Positions 7,821 to 16,832 of a stretch of DNA of 64,000 nt are shown here, in pieces. Position 1 is the stretch's first letter. Each line of letters starts with the position of its first letter. Both the position numbers and the translations under genes were made by a program. The stretch comes from Thermoanaerobaculia bacterium. Its GTDB lineage: Bacteria > Acidobacteriota > Thermoanaerobaculia > Multivoradales > JAIOJS01. Under the pieces are notes generated by a model, which ran no database searches, had not been told where the DNA came from, and saw only the letters and a list, made by a program, of their open reading frames with translations. Where the stretch lies: contig JAUIDB010000010.1 in NCBI GenBank assembly GCA_030429235.1, positions 13,334 through 77,333 of the forward strand. The letters run 5' to 3'.

Positions 7821-10577
7821 ATGCGCGCTCCTGACACAATAGGGCCAGCAATGAACAGAGACGGGGATCAGGGTGTCCCATCGGTTCCGAGCCCGGCCCT
7901 AGCAGCCGGAGCCACCTTCCGCTCCCGCTACGAGATCGTCGAACGGCTCGGTCAGGGCGGCTACGCCGAGGTGTACCGGGCTCAGGATCTAGAGATCGAT
8001 CGCGAGGTCGCCTTGAAGATCCTGCGGCCGGATCGGACGAGTGACGCTTCGGTACGCCGGCTGAAGCGGGAGGCGGCGGTGGCCCGGGATGTGGAGAGTC
8101 CTCATCTGGTTCGGGTCTTCGAGGTGGATACGTCGACTCTGCCGGCGTTTCTCACCATGGAGGTGGTGGAGGGGGGCAGCCTGCTGGAGGAGATCGCGGC
8201 GGGCCCGGTGCCGATCGAGCGGGTGCTGGAGGTGGCGCGGCAGGTACTCCTCGGGTTGGAAGCGCTGCACGGAATGGGGATCCTGCACCGGGACATCAAG
8301 CCCAGCAACGTGATGATCACGTCGGACGGCCAGGTGAAGCTGGCCGACTTTGGGATGGTCCACCAACTCTCGCGAGAGTCGACGCGGCTGACCGAGTCTT
8401 CGGCCATCGTGGGGACGATCGACTACGTGGCTCCGGAGACGGTTCTCGGCGATCCGCCCGACGGTCGAGCCGATCTCTACGGGCTCGGGTTGTTGCTGTT
8501 CGAGATGCTCACGGGGAGCCTGCCCTTCGGTGACTCCCCTTCGGCTCTCGGCGCTGCGTTGGAGCGCCTGCACCGATCACCGCCTCGGGTGGTACCGCTC
8601 CGACCAGAGACCCCCCGTTGGCTAGAGAAGGTCGTCCTGAGGCTCCTCGAACGACGTCCGGAAGACCGTTTCGCGAGTGCCGAGGCCGTGCGCCGCGCCT
8701 TGCGCGAGCATCGTGTGCCGCGATCTCGTCGGGTGTGGCGACGGAACGCCTGGCTGGCGGCGGGGATCGTGCTGGCCAGTGTCGCGAGCGCCTGGGTGCT
8801 GGCGAGGATAGGGGGATCGATCCCGGTCCTCTCGCACATCACGGCGCAGGAACCGGAGCCGGGCCTCTTCGGGCTCTCGGCTGACGGTGAGGTGCTGTGG
8901 CATCGGCCCGACCTGAGGTCCGGTTGGTGGGTCACTGCCCAGTCGAGTTCGGGGGGCGGACCGATTCCCCTCGGGTTGCGGGCCGGGGCCGGGCCACAGG
9001 ATCTGGAGGTGCTGCACCAGTTGCTGGTTCTCGATCCCACCAGCGGGGAGACGGTGGACCGAGTGACGCTGCCTTCGGCGGGAGATGAGTTTCCCGGTTT
9101 TGCACCGCGGTTCCAGCCGGAACTCCACGCGGTCGACATCGATGGAGATGGCGGCGAGGAGGTGGTGGTCACCTACTTTCACACCTACTGGCCCTCGTAC
9201 ACCGTGGTCTATGAACCCAGATGGCGCCGGGCGCGGGTGGCGCTGTTGGCGGCGGGGCACCACCGCCCGGTCGGCGTGGCCGACGTGGATTCTGACGGCA
9301 ACAACGAACTGATCTTCCTGGGAGTTTCGAACCGCATGGGTTGGTACGCTGGGCTGGCCGCAGTTTCGATGGTGCCTCCGATCAACCGGCCGGGAGAGGC
9401 GACGCTGAGTACGGCGGCGGCCACGACGCCGGACGGCTACTTCCTCAGGCGATGGCGGGGCATGGTTTGGTACGCGCTCGCTCCGCCCGGGATCTGGTGC
9501 TCCGGGATCGGCACCTGTACCGAAGTGGACCCCGATGCTCGTGAGATTCGCCTGGAACCCCCCGGCGGCTCGCAAGTGCGCTACTCGTTCGACGGGTACC
9601 TAGTGGAAGACCGGGTCTCCGGCCTCGATTCGGCGGAGCGGAACCGCCGCCGGGGTCGCGCCTACAAGCACCTGGAGGAAGCGGGGCGGCTGCTCGATTC
9701 GCGGCTCGAAGATTGGGGCGAGGAGGAGGCCGAGCGAGCGGTGGAGTTGGCTCGTACGGTCCGCGACCGCTTCCTTACCGACTGGGCCCTGCGCACGCTG
9801 GGGAGGATCGTGATCGAGCGCGGACGAATCGAGGAAGGAGAGCAGATCTTCGAACAACTCTCGGTCGACTCTCCAGCTGCTACCAGCGCCGCCTTCGAGG
9901 CCGCCCACGCGCTGCAATTGGCTGGCCGCCCGGATCGCTCTCTCGATTGGTACCCGCGGGCCTTCGGCGCCGCTGGGGACTGGGGACCGGGCCGCAGTCG
10001 CGACCGGCTGGTTCGGGGGTTGTTGTTGGCCTACAGCGAGATCGGTGACTACGAAGGAGCACAGAAGGCCCTCGACCGGTTCAGCAATCCCGGGCAGATC
10101 ACGTCGCGAATCGACACGTATCTGAGGCCCTACGTCGCCTGGCGGATGGAGGATCGATCCGTAGCCCCCATGCCCTACCGCGCGGGGAACCCCGATCTGG
10201 AGGTCTATTGGAGCCTCGAGCAGGCGCTGGCTCACGGTACCGAACTCGAAGTCCTTTGGGAACGGGTGCAACTCGCCATGGACCAGAGTTCGGAGGAATT
10301 GCCTTTGCTGCAGAATCTGGCCGGTGAGATCCAATGGAAGATGGGTCGCCGTGCGGAGGCTTTGGTCTGGTTCGAGAGGGCTTTCGCGGGAGGTGAAGCG
10401 GAGCTCGAGCGGAGTATCTCGGTCCGTGCCCACTTCGATCTGATCGTCAGCCGACTGCTGCGGGGAGTCCGCGACGCAGGCCTCGAGACCAGAAGCAGAG
10501 AGATCGCGAGCGTGGCGGAAGCCTGGGATTCTCATCAGCGGCAGCTGCGTCATCTCATGTCTGTCAGAGGGCAGTAA
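7821..10577 (+). CDS. Hanks-type Ser/Thr protein kinase with a TM segment and a large extracytoplasmic FG-GAP-like beta-propeller plus TPR region.
   Basis: Kinase motifs GQGGYAEV, ALK, HRDIKPSNV, DFG and GTIDYVAPE. TM segment AWLAAGIVLASVASAWVL. Repeats VDIDGDGGEEVVV and ADVDSDGNNELIF. The start is chosen at the first ATG that does not overlap the upstream divergent gene (alternatives 7722 and 7851). Confidence 0.85.
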   Translation: MRAPDTIGPAMNRDGDQGVPSVPSPALAAGATFRSRYEIVERLGQGGYAEVYRAQDLEIDREVALKILRPDRTSDASVRRLKREAAVARDVESPHLVRVFEVDTSTLPAFLTMEVVEGGSLLEEIAAGPVPIERVLEVARQVLLGLEALHGMGILHRDIKPSNVMITSDGQVKLADFGMVHQLSRESTRLTESSAIVGTIDYVAPETVLGDPPDGRADLYGLGLLLFEMLTGSLPFGDSPSALGAALERLHRSPPRVVPLRPETPRWLEKVVLRLLERRPEDRFASAEAVRRALREHRVPRSRRVWRRNAWLAAGIVLASVASAWVLARIGGSIPVLSHITAQEPEPGLFGLSADGEVLWHRPDLRSGWWVTAQSSSGGGPIPLGLRAGAGPQDLEVLHQLLVLDPTSGETVDRVTLPSAGDEFPGFAPRFQPELHAVDIDGDGGEEVVVTYFHTYWPSYTVVYEPRWRRARVALLAAGHHRPVGVADVDSDGNNELIFLGVSNRMGWYAGLAAVSMVPPINRPGEATLSTAAATTPDGYFLRRWRGMVWYALAPPGIWCSGIGTCTEVDPDAREIRLEPPGGSQVRYSFDGYLVEDRVSGLDSAERNRRRGRAYKHLEEAGRLLDSRLEDWGEEEAERAVELARTVRDRFLTDWALRTLGRIVIERGRIEEGEQIFEQLSVDSPAATSAAFEAAHALQLAGRPDRSLDWYPRAFGAAGDWGPGRSRDRLVRGLLLAYSEIGDYEGAQKALDRFSNPGQITSRIDTYLRPYVAWRMEDRSVAPMPYRAGNPDLEVYWSLEQALAHGTELEVLWERVQLAMDQSSEELPLLQNLAGEIQWKMGRRAEALVWFERAFAGGEAELERSISVRAHFDLIVSRLLRGVRDAGLETRSREIASVAEAWDSHQRQLRHLMSVRGQ

Positions 10578-10638
10578 GTAGCGACTGTGCTATTCTGAGC
10601 GCACTTTCCGATCCGAGAAGAAGGGGGAGGCCTCACGC

Positions 10639-12414
10639 ATGCTGCGTTTTGTCGCCCGGAACGAGGGCCAGGAGCGTCGATTTCCGATCGCGGCCGATGG
10701 CGTGTGGACCGTAGGCTCGGCGATCGAGTGCGAACTCTCTGTCCCCTTCGACGGGGTCTCGCGGCGGCATGCCAGCCTCGAGCGCCGGGGAAGCCGAGTC
10801 TGGCTCACGGATTGTGGTTCCAAGAACGGCCTCAGGGTGGAGGGGCGGGTCGAGGCGCAGATCGAACTGCTGCCAGGGATTCGGGTAGACCTCGGTGGCA
10901 CGGTGGTCGAGATCGAAGAGGCAGCGTCGTCGGATACACGATTCGCGGTCGAGCTGCGGCGTTCGTCGAGCGTGGCTTCTCGACTGCGCACCAGTACGGC
11001 GGGAGCGATGGCCGGCGACGGACGTTCTTCACCCGCTGCCGCGCTCGCCTTCGTTCGGCGGTTCGAGCGAGCGTCGCTCCAACCGGGCTCGGAACTCTGG
11101 TCGCGACTCGTCGCCGAGACTCTGGAGATCCTCGAGGCCGAAACCGTGGCGGTGCTGCAGCGGGTTCCCGGGGAGCCTCGCGAGGTGTTGGAACAGTGCT
11201 GGGGCAGGCACCGGGTGCCAGGAGCCGAGGTAGAGGATCCGTGGAGCGCGGCCCAGCTCTCGGCCGAACTGGAAGGGGAATCGGCCAGAATCGTGGCCAT
11301 CCTGGGCCAGGGGGCCAAGGTCGATCGCTGGAAGGAGGACTTCTTCTCCTACCTGGCGACCCGCTGGCAGGAGCAGCGTCACGACCCTCCCGCTCCTCGC
11401 GCCCAGCCGGCCCAGGTCGAGCCGGAACGAGGCCCCGTGGTTCTCGGGCGCTCCGCCGCCATGGTAGAGGTCGAAACGCTGGCTCGGGCCGCGGCCGAGA
11501 GTGGTCTCAACGTCGTGCTCCTCGGCGAGACGGGGACCGGCAAGGAGGTTCTCTCACGCTTCATCCATCGTCTGCGTGCCACCGGGAAGGGTGAGCTGGT
11601 AGCGATCAACTGCGCTGCGATTCCCTCCGAACTCCTCGAAGCCGAACTCTTTGGCGTTGCCAGCCGAGTGGCGACCGGCGTAGATCCCCGCGAGGGGCTC
11701 TTCGTGCGCGCCCACGGGGGAACCCTTCTCCTGGACGAGATTGGCGAGATGCCCTACACGCTGCAGGCGAAACTGCTGCGAGCGCTCCAGGAGCGGGAGG
11801 TCATGCCGGTGGGAGGGCGACGGCCGATGCCGGTCGATCTTCGAGTCATCTCGACGACGCACCGTCCCCTGGCTCGGCTCGTGGCCGAGAAGAAGTTTCG
11901 CGCTGATCTCTACTACCGACTCCGCGGACTCGAGATCTGGCTTCCACCCCTCCGAGAGCGACTCGAAGACATTCCGGAGTTCGCCACTCTCTTTGCCCAG
12001 AGAGCAGCCCGTGCTTCGGGAAAGCGGGTCCGCGGGATCACCGAGCGTGCGCTGCGGCTTCTTACCTGCCACCGCTGGCCCGGCAACGTGCGGGAACTCG
12101 AGACCGACATGGAACGCGCTGTGGCGTTGTGTGCCGACGGAGGCAGCATCGACTCGCGGCTCTTCTCCCACCTGGATCCAGTCGCGGGACGACCTAGTTC
12201 CGTCTCGGTGCTCGAAGCCCCGACCTCGAGGGCCGTGGCGCCCAAGGCTGGCCACTCTACGGTCACACTGCGGGAGGAACTCGACGCTACCGAGCGCGAG
12301 CGAATCCGACGAGAGCTGGCGCTTTCGGGCGGCAACAAGTCGGAGGCCGCTCGAAGGCTCGGGGTGACCTGGAATGGGCTGGTGATGAAGATGAAGCGAT
12401 TGGGGTTACGGTAG
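10639..12414 (+). CDS. Sigma54-dependent transcriptional activator (bacterial enhancer-binding protein) with an N-terminal FHA domain.
   Basis: GGGGAGG RBS. FHA motif (GSAIECEL..GVSRRHASLERRGSRVWLTDCGSKNGLRVEG). AAA+ sigma54 interaction domain (LLGETGTGKEV, GAFTGA-like region). C-terminal Fis-type HTH (KSEAARRLGVTWNGLVMKMKRLGL). Confidence 0.9.
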   Translation: MLRFVARNEGQERRFPIAADGVWTVGSAIECELSVPFDGVSRRHASLERRGSRVWLTDCGSKNGLRVEGRVEAQIELLPGIRVDLGGTVVEIEEAASSDTRFAVELRRSSSVASRLRTSTAGAMAGDGRSSPAAALAFVRRFERASLQPGSELWSRLVAETLEILEAETVAVLQRVPGEPREVLEQCWGRHRVPGAEVEDPWSAAQLSAELEGESARIVAILGQGAKVDRWKEDFFSYLATRWQEQRHDPPAPRAQPAQVEPERGPVVLGRSAAMVEVETLARAAAESGLNVVLLGETGTGKEVLSRFIHRLRATGKGELVAINCAAIPSELLEAELFGVASRVATGVDPREGLFVRAHGGTLLLDEIGEMPYTLQAKLLRALQEREVMPVGGRRPMPVDLRVISTTHRPLARLVAEKKFRADLYYRLRGLEIWLPPLRERLEDIPEFATLFAQRAARASGKRVRGITERALRLLTCHRWPGNVRELETDMERAVALCADGGSIDSRLFSHLDPVAGRPSSVSVLEAPTSRAVAPKAGHSTVTLREELDATERERIRRELALSGGNKSEAARRLGVTWNGLVMKMKRLGLR

Positions 12415-12466
12415 TTTAGAGAGCAGGGCCCCTGATTGCGGACGGGTGGTCGATGAGCCCGGCTCC

Positions 12467-13345
12467 TTATGCCACCAGCAAAGCCTTGGCCAGCGCCGCT
12501 CGCAGCTTTCCGAACACCACGGCGAGGTACATCAGGAGGAGCCCGATCGCCACCGTGGTTAGCCAGAGGCCGGGGAAGATCCACCAGGGCACGAACCACT
12601 CGAGCGAACCGAGGACCACGAGAGGGCGGTCGAAGATCAGCTGGGCGAAGGGACCGATGAAGCAGGAGAGGGCCAGACTGAGCAGGGTGACCGAGACGAC
12701 GAAGGTGAGAATGCCGAGTGGCAGGGAGAGCAGGCAGTAGAGCAGGGTCTTCCAGGTGAGGGAGTCGGTGAGCCAGTACCTGGCCTTGGGGAGCCAGCCC
12801 GTTTCGGTGGGCAGCGAGACCGGCCGTCGTGGCATGCGCACGCCGATCAACGCCTCGAGCAGACGCCCCTCTACCAATCCCAGCATGCGCAGGGACATGG
12901 CGAACCCGATGAAGAACGGCACGCCGAAGATGAGGATGCCGAACCCCAGGGACATCGACAGGCCGACCACCGCCCAGGTGAAGTAGAAGAGCCCGGTCAG
13001 GAGACCGAATAGCATGAGGAAGAGGGCCCCGTAGGCTTTGGGATCGATCAGCATGCCGAGGGTTCCGCTGAGGAAACTGACCACCGGCGCCGGGGTTTCG
13101 AGGGCCTTGGAGACCGTGATCTCGGTGGCCCGGTAGGAGGCGGCGACCTCCTGGGGCGACCCAAAACCGGCGATCGCACGGTCGACCAGCTCCTGCTCGG
13201 TGAGGTCACTCGCGGAAGAAGAACGCTCACTGCGCAGGAACTCGTCGACGTCGTAGAGAGCGTCCTGAACCATCGCAGGGTCGCTGGCGGTGAGTGCGAG
13301 GCGAATGGCATTGCGGTACTGTTCGGTGGTCTTGATACGAGTCAT
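12467..13345 (-). CDS. PadR-associated membrane protein (DUF1700/HAAS-like N-terminal helical domain plus multi-TM).
   Basis: The N-terminus TEQYRNAIRLALTAS..VQDALYDVDEFL resembles DUF1700. 5-6 TM helices follow. ATGA start/stop overlap with the upstream PadR gene. Confidence 0.6.
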   Translation of the reverse strand: MTRIKTTEQYRNAIRLALTASDPAMVQDALYDVDEFLRSERSSSASDLTEQELVDRAIAGFGSPQEVAASYRATEITVSKALETPAPVVSFLSGTLGMLIDPKAYGALFLMLFGLLTGLFYFTWAVVGLSMSLGFGILIFGVPFFIGFAMSLRMLGLVEGRLLEALIGVRMPRRPVSLPTETGWLPKARYWLTDSLTWKTLLYCLLSLPLGILTFVVSVTLLSLALSCFIGPFAQLIFDRPLVVLGSLEWFVPWWIFPGLWLTTVAIGLLLMYLAVVFGKLRAALAKALLVA

Positions 13346-13830
13346 GAGTCGGTCTCCTGAGTGGTGTCGTGCTGGGAGGCTTCGACCGCCCGACGGATCT
13401 GGTCACCGCCGTCGAGGACCCGGTCGACGAAGTTTCTGGTATCGGTCCAGGCCGCTTCGATCAGCTCGAGGGCCTCGTGGCCGAGCGGGGTTACCTGGTA
13501 GTAGCGCCTAGGGGGGCCCGAATCGGAGGGCTCGAGGGAGCTGCTCAACAGCCCCTCGCGTTCGAGCGATCGCAGCACCGGGTAGAGCGTCCCCTGCTTC
13601 ATCGGCAGGGGAGCGCGGGTAACCTGCTCTAGGATCTTGGACAGCTGGTAGCCGTACATCGGCTGCTCGGCCCGGGCCAGCAGGGCGAGCAGGGTCACAC
13701 TGACCGAACCGGCATTGAGCTGACGTTGGATCTTGGCCACGGCGGGCGGGTAGTCGGTTTCGTGCATAGAGGGTTCCCCGTGGGTCGGAGTGGCGGCACC
13801 TGGCTGTGCCTCGGTCTCTAGTACGATCAT
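13342..13830 (-). CDS. PadR family transcriptional regulator.
   Basis: YGYQLSKILEQ...GTLYPVLRSLEREGLL winged-helix motif. The true start is probably the internal ATG near 13767, which has a GGGGAA RBS. Confidence 0.75.
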   Translation of the reverse strand: MIVLETEAQPGAATPTHGEPSMHETDYPPAVAKIQRQLNAGSVSVTLLALLARAEQPMYGYQLSKILEQVTRAPLPMKQGTLYPVLRSLEREGLLSSSLEPSDSGPPRRYYQVTPLGHEALELIEAAWTDTRNFVDRVLDGGDQIRRAVEASQHDTTQETDS

Positions 13831-13835
13831 ACTAG

Positions 13836-13848
13836 TAGAAGGTTTCTA
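13836..13848. promoter_or_regulatory. AT-rich inverted repeat TAGAAggtTTCTA, flanked by ACTAGT and AGCTAG. Candidate PadR operator.
   Basis: A perfect 5-bp-arm palindrome in the padR upstream region. It is an AT-rich island in GC-rich DNA. Confidence 0.25.
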
Positions 13849-14029
13849 ATAGCTAGTCGGCAATAGGGTGGACCAGGGTTGCCGCCTACGGGCTGATCCC
13901 GTCCGCGCGGGTTCTGAGAGTCCCAGAGCAGCGTCGCCCCTGTCTGCCAACTCGGCGAGAGGACGGGCGACAGTAGGCAGTTCGACTCTGGTAGAGTGTC
14001 GATGAGGCGACAGTAGTGAGGATTCACAT

Positions 14030-16819
14030 ATGAGGAACAACGGCAGGGTGCAATCTCGACGCCGGTTCCTTCACAGATTGGGGATTGCGTGGGCGCTGGC
14101 TGGACTGCTCGCCAGTGCGACCGGACTCAGGGCGGGTGAGTCGGCGCCTGCGGCGATGGCGGCTGATCTCGGCGAGATTCCAGGGTGGACGTTTCTCGAT
14201 GCGGCGCCCGGGGGCTTTCAGGAACTCGACGGGATCGTCTACTTCTTTGCGCATGACGGTGTTCACGGGCAGGAACTCTGGCGAACCGATCTGACGGAGG
14301 CCGGTACCTGGATGGTCGAGGACATCTGTCCTGGCTTCTGTCACGGCATGACCAATGGCCCGCCGATGGTTCAGAGCGGTGGGGCGCTGTATTTCTTCGC
14401 CGACGACGGGGGGTCCGGGGGGGAGCTGTGGACTTCGCGAGGTACGGCCGAGACAACTCGGATCGTTCGGGACTTGCAGGCCGGCCCGGCCTCCTCCGCT
14501 TGTGGTCAGTTGATCGAGTTCGGAGGCCAGGTCGTGTTCGGTGCTGACGACGGCATCCATGGCTGCGAACTCTGGGTCAAACCCTCTTCGTGGGCGGGAG
14601 TCCAGCTGCTGGTCGATGCAGTTCCCGGCGCCGACTCCGGGTTCTCGTCCGGTTATCGCCGTCTCTTTCCGCTCGACGATCAGCTTCTCTTCTGGTCGCA
14701 GGACTCTCTCTGGACGACGGACGGTACTCCGGCTGGAACCGAGAAGGTCACCGAGGTCGTGGCGAACCTCGACGTGCCTTGGTTTCACGACAACGGCCCA
14801 CGGGCCTTCGACGGCAGGTTGTTTTTTCAAGGCTGGGACGCAGTACATGGCTGGGAACTGTGGGCCACCGACGGAACCGCAGCGGGTACGGGTCTGGTTG
14901 CGGACCTGGTCGCCGGTAGCGGCAGCAGTTCTCCGGACGACTTCGTGGTGCACGCCAGCCAACTCTGGTTCGCAGCCCGGGGCGAGGACCAGGACGGGGA
15001 ACTGTGGCGGAGCGATGGGACCTCGACGGGTACTGCGTTTGTCGCCGATGCGGACTGGGGTCCCCTGGGGAGTACCCCCGCTGGCGTCCTCTACGTGGTG
15101 CACAACGGAGTCCAGAGCGAGCTAAGGATCGCCGACGGGAGTCAGGTGAACACACTGGTCAGCGTAGAGGATGTTTACTTCTACTTCCTCTATCCTCGTC
15201 GACAGCTCGATGGTGGGGTCTTCCTGGCGCTGAACGCGGGGCAAACCGGTCCGGAGCCCTGGATCTCCGAAGGCACTCCCGAGACCACGCGGCTTCTCGC
15301 CGACATCTACCAGGGCGAGGAGGGTTCCATGTTCCTTCCTCTGGACACCGCAATCCAGCTCTCGACGGGAGAGATCCTGTTCAAGGCCTATTCCCCCGAG
15401 ATCGACTACTCGCCCTGGGTCAGCGATCAGACGACGGCTGGCACCCGCCGAATCAAGCGGATCGACGATCAAGTTTCGGCCGGGTATCCGGGACGACGAC
15501 TCCTCTATTCCAGCTTGGCCCCGATCGGACCACGATGCCTGACGAGTCGATACTCTCTGGAGTACAACCGCGAGGAGGCGTGGTCCTCGGCCGGAGACCC
15601 AGCGACGGTGGCTAGGATTCCCGTCCACCAGGGGCCTGGCGCCACGGTGCTTCAGGCAGATCCCGGACCTACTCCTGCCACTCGTTCCCGCGCCATTTTG
15701 AGAGTCCACGGGGAAGAGGGACCCAGCCTGTGGGGCACGGACGGTACGGTTCAGGGAACCGAGGAGATCACCGCGGCTTTCGGTGCGACGAGTCTGGGGC
15801 TCGAACGTTTCGTGGCGACTCCAGATCGCGTCTGGATCCAGAACCACGATCGGGTCTGGAGTACCGATGGAACCCTGGCCGGAACGGTGTGGGTTCCCTC
15901 CTGGAACCAGGTCAGAGACGCTGCCGTCGTCTCTGGCCGCACCTACCTGGCGCTCGGCAACAGCGGGACCGGAGTAGAACTCTGGCTTCAGCACCAAGGG
16001 GCAGCCCCGGTTCCGGTTCGCGACATCGAGCCAGGACCCGATAGTTCCACGCCATCGTGGCTGACGACCGGTTCCGAACCGAACCTCGGGGTCTTCTTCT
16101 TTGCCAGTACTACAGAGACTGGTCGCGAGCCCTGGTTCTCGGATGGAACTGCGGAGGGAACCTACCCGCTCGGGGACATCTTTCCTGGCGAGGAAGACTC
16201 TCGCGAGTTGACTGAGGAGCCCAATTCCGGCGGGGCCGTGGGGGCCTTCCTGGGGTCGACGCTCGTGTTCGCGGCCGATGACGGAGTCCACGGCAACGAA
16301 CTGTGGGCTTCGGATGGGAGTCCCGAGAGTGCGACTCTGCTTCTCGACCTCGTGCCGGGCAACGTGGGAAGCGAACCCGCTTGGTTTACCACCTTCGAGG
16401 ATCGGGTCTACTTCGTGGCCTCCACTCTGGAGCACGGACGAGAGCTCTGGCGGACCGACGGCACTCCGGAAGGCACCGAGATCGTGTTGGATCTGTTCCC
16501 GGGACGGCGTTCCGCTCTGCCCCACGATCTCTTGGTACGTGGTGACACTCTCTTCCTGGTCGCCGCCGACCCCGCCCACGGTTCCGAATTGTGGAGGCTC
16601 GACTCCGAGGGCCTCGAACTGCACCAGGACATCAATCCAGGGCCCGACTCGTCGTCACCGAGCTGGCTGGCGCTCGGTCAAGATCGACTCTGGTTCATGG
16701 CGACGGACGGTGTTCACGGGTTTGAACTCTGGAGCCTTCCGTTTGGGCTACTCTTTGCAGACGGCTTCGAATCTGGGGACGTCACCGCCTGGGGAGAAGC
16801 CGGGTCGGTCGTTCGCTAG
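14030..16819 (+). CDS. Large secreted ELWxxDGT-repeat beta-propeller protein with a Tat-like signal and the C-terminal FADGFESGDVTAW tail.
   Basis: N-terminal SRRRFLHRLG has twin-arginine character. There are 12 or more repeats such as ELWRTDGTPEGT, ELWATDGTAAGT and EPWFSDGTAEGT. The last 23 aa are LLFADGFESGDVTAWGEAGSVVR. Confidence 0.8.
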   Translation: MRNNGRVQSRRRFLHRLGIAWALAGLLASATGLRAGESAPAAMAADLGEIPGWTFLDAAPGGFQELDGIVYFFAHDGVHGQELWRTDLTEAGTWMVEDICPGFCHGMTNGPPMVQSGGALYFFADDGGSGGELWTSRGTAETTRIVRDLQAGPASSACGQLIEFGGQVVFGADDGIHGCELWVKPSSWAGVQLLVDAVPGADSGFSSGYRRLFPLDDQLLFWSQDSLWTTDGTPAGTEKVTEVVANLDVPWFHDNGPRAFDGRLFFQGWDAVHGWELWATDGTAAGTGLVADLVAGSGSSSPDDFVVHASQLWFAARGEDQDGELWRSDGTSTGTAFVADADWGPLGSTPAGVLYVVHNGVQSELRIADGSQVNTLVSVEDVYFYFLYPRRQLDGGVFLALNAGQTGPEPWISEGTPETTRLLADIYQGEEGSMFLPLDTAIQLSTGEILFKAYSPEIDYSPWVSDQTTAGTRRIKRIDDQVSAGYPGRRLLYSSLAPIGPRCLTSRYSLEYNREEAWSSAGDPATVARIPVHQGPGATVLQADPGPTPATRSRAILRVHGEEGPSLWGTDGTVQGTEEITAAFGATSLGLERFVATPDRVWIQNHDRVWSTDGTLAGTVWVPSWNQVRDAAVVSGRTYLALGNSGTGVELWLQHQGAAPVPVRDIEPGPDSSTPSWLTTGSEPNLGVFFFASTTETGREPWFSDGTAEGTYPLGDIFPGEEDSRELTEEPNSGGAVGAFLGSTLVFAADDGVHGNELWASDGSPESATLLLDLVPGNVGSEPAWFTTFEDRVYFVASTLEHGRELWRTDGTPEGTEIVLDLFPGRRSALPHDLLVRGDTLFLVAADPAHGSELWRLDSEGLELHQDINPGPDSSSPSWLALGQDRLWFMATDGVHGFELWSLPFGLLFADGFESGDVTAWGEAGSVVR

Positions 16820-16832
16820 GTCTCTCAGCTAC

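Noticed and set aside
8622-10553. Two ~317-aa minus-strand ORFs inside the Ser/Thr kinase gene
   Set aside because: Antisense frames. The kinase sense frame has unmistakable Hanks motifs.
15122-16624. 500-aa minus-strand ORF inside the ELWxxDGT gene
   Set aside because: Antisense artefact.
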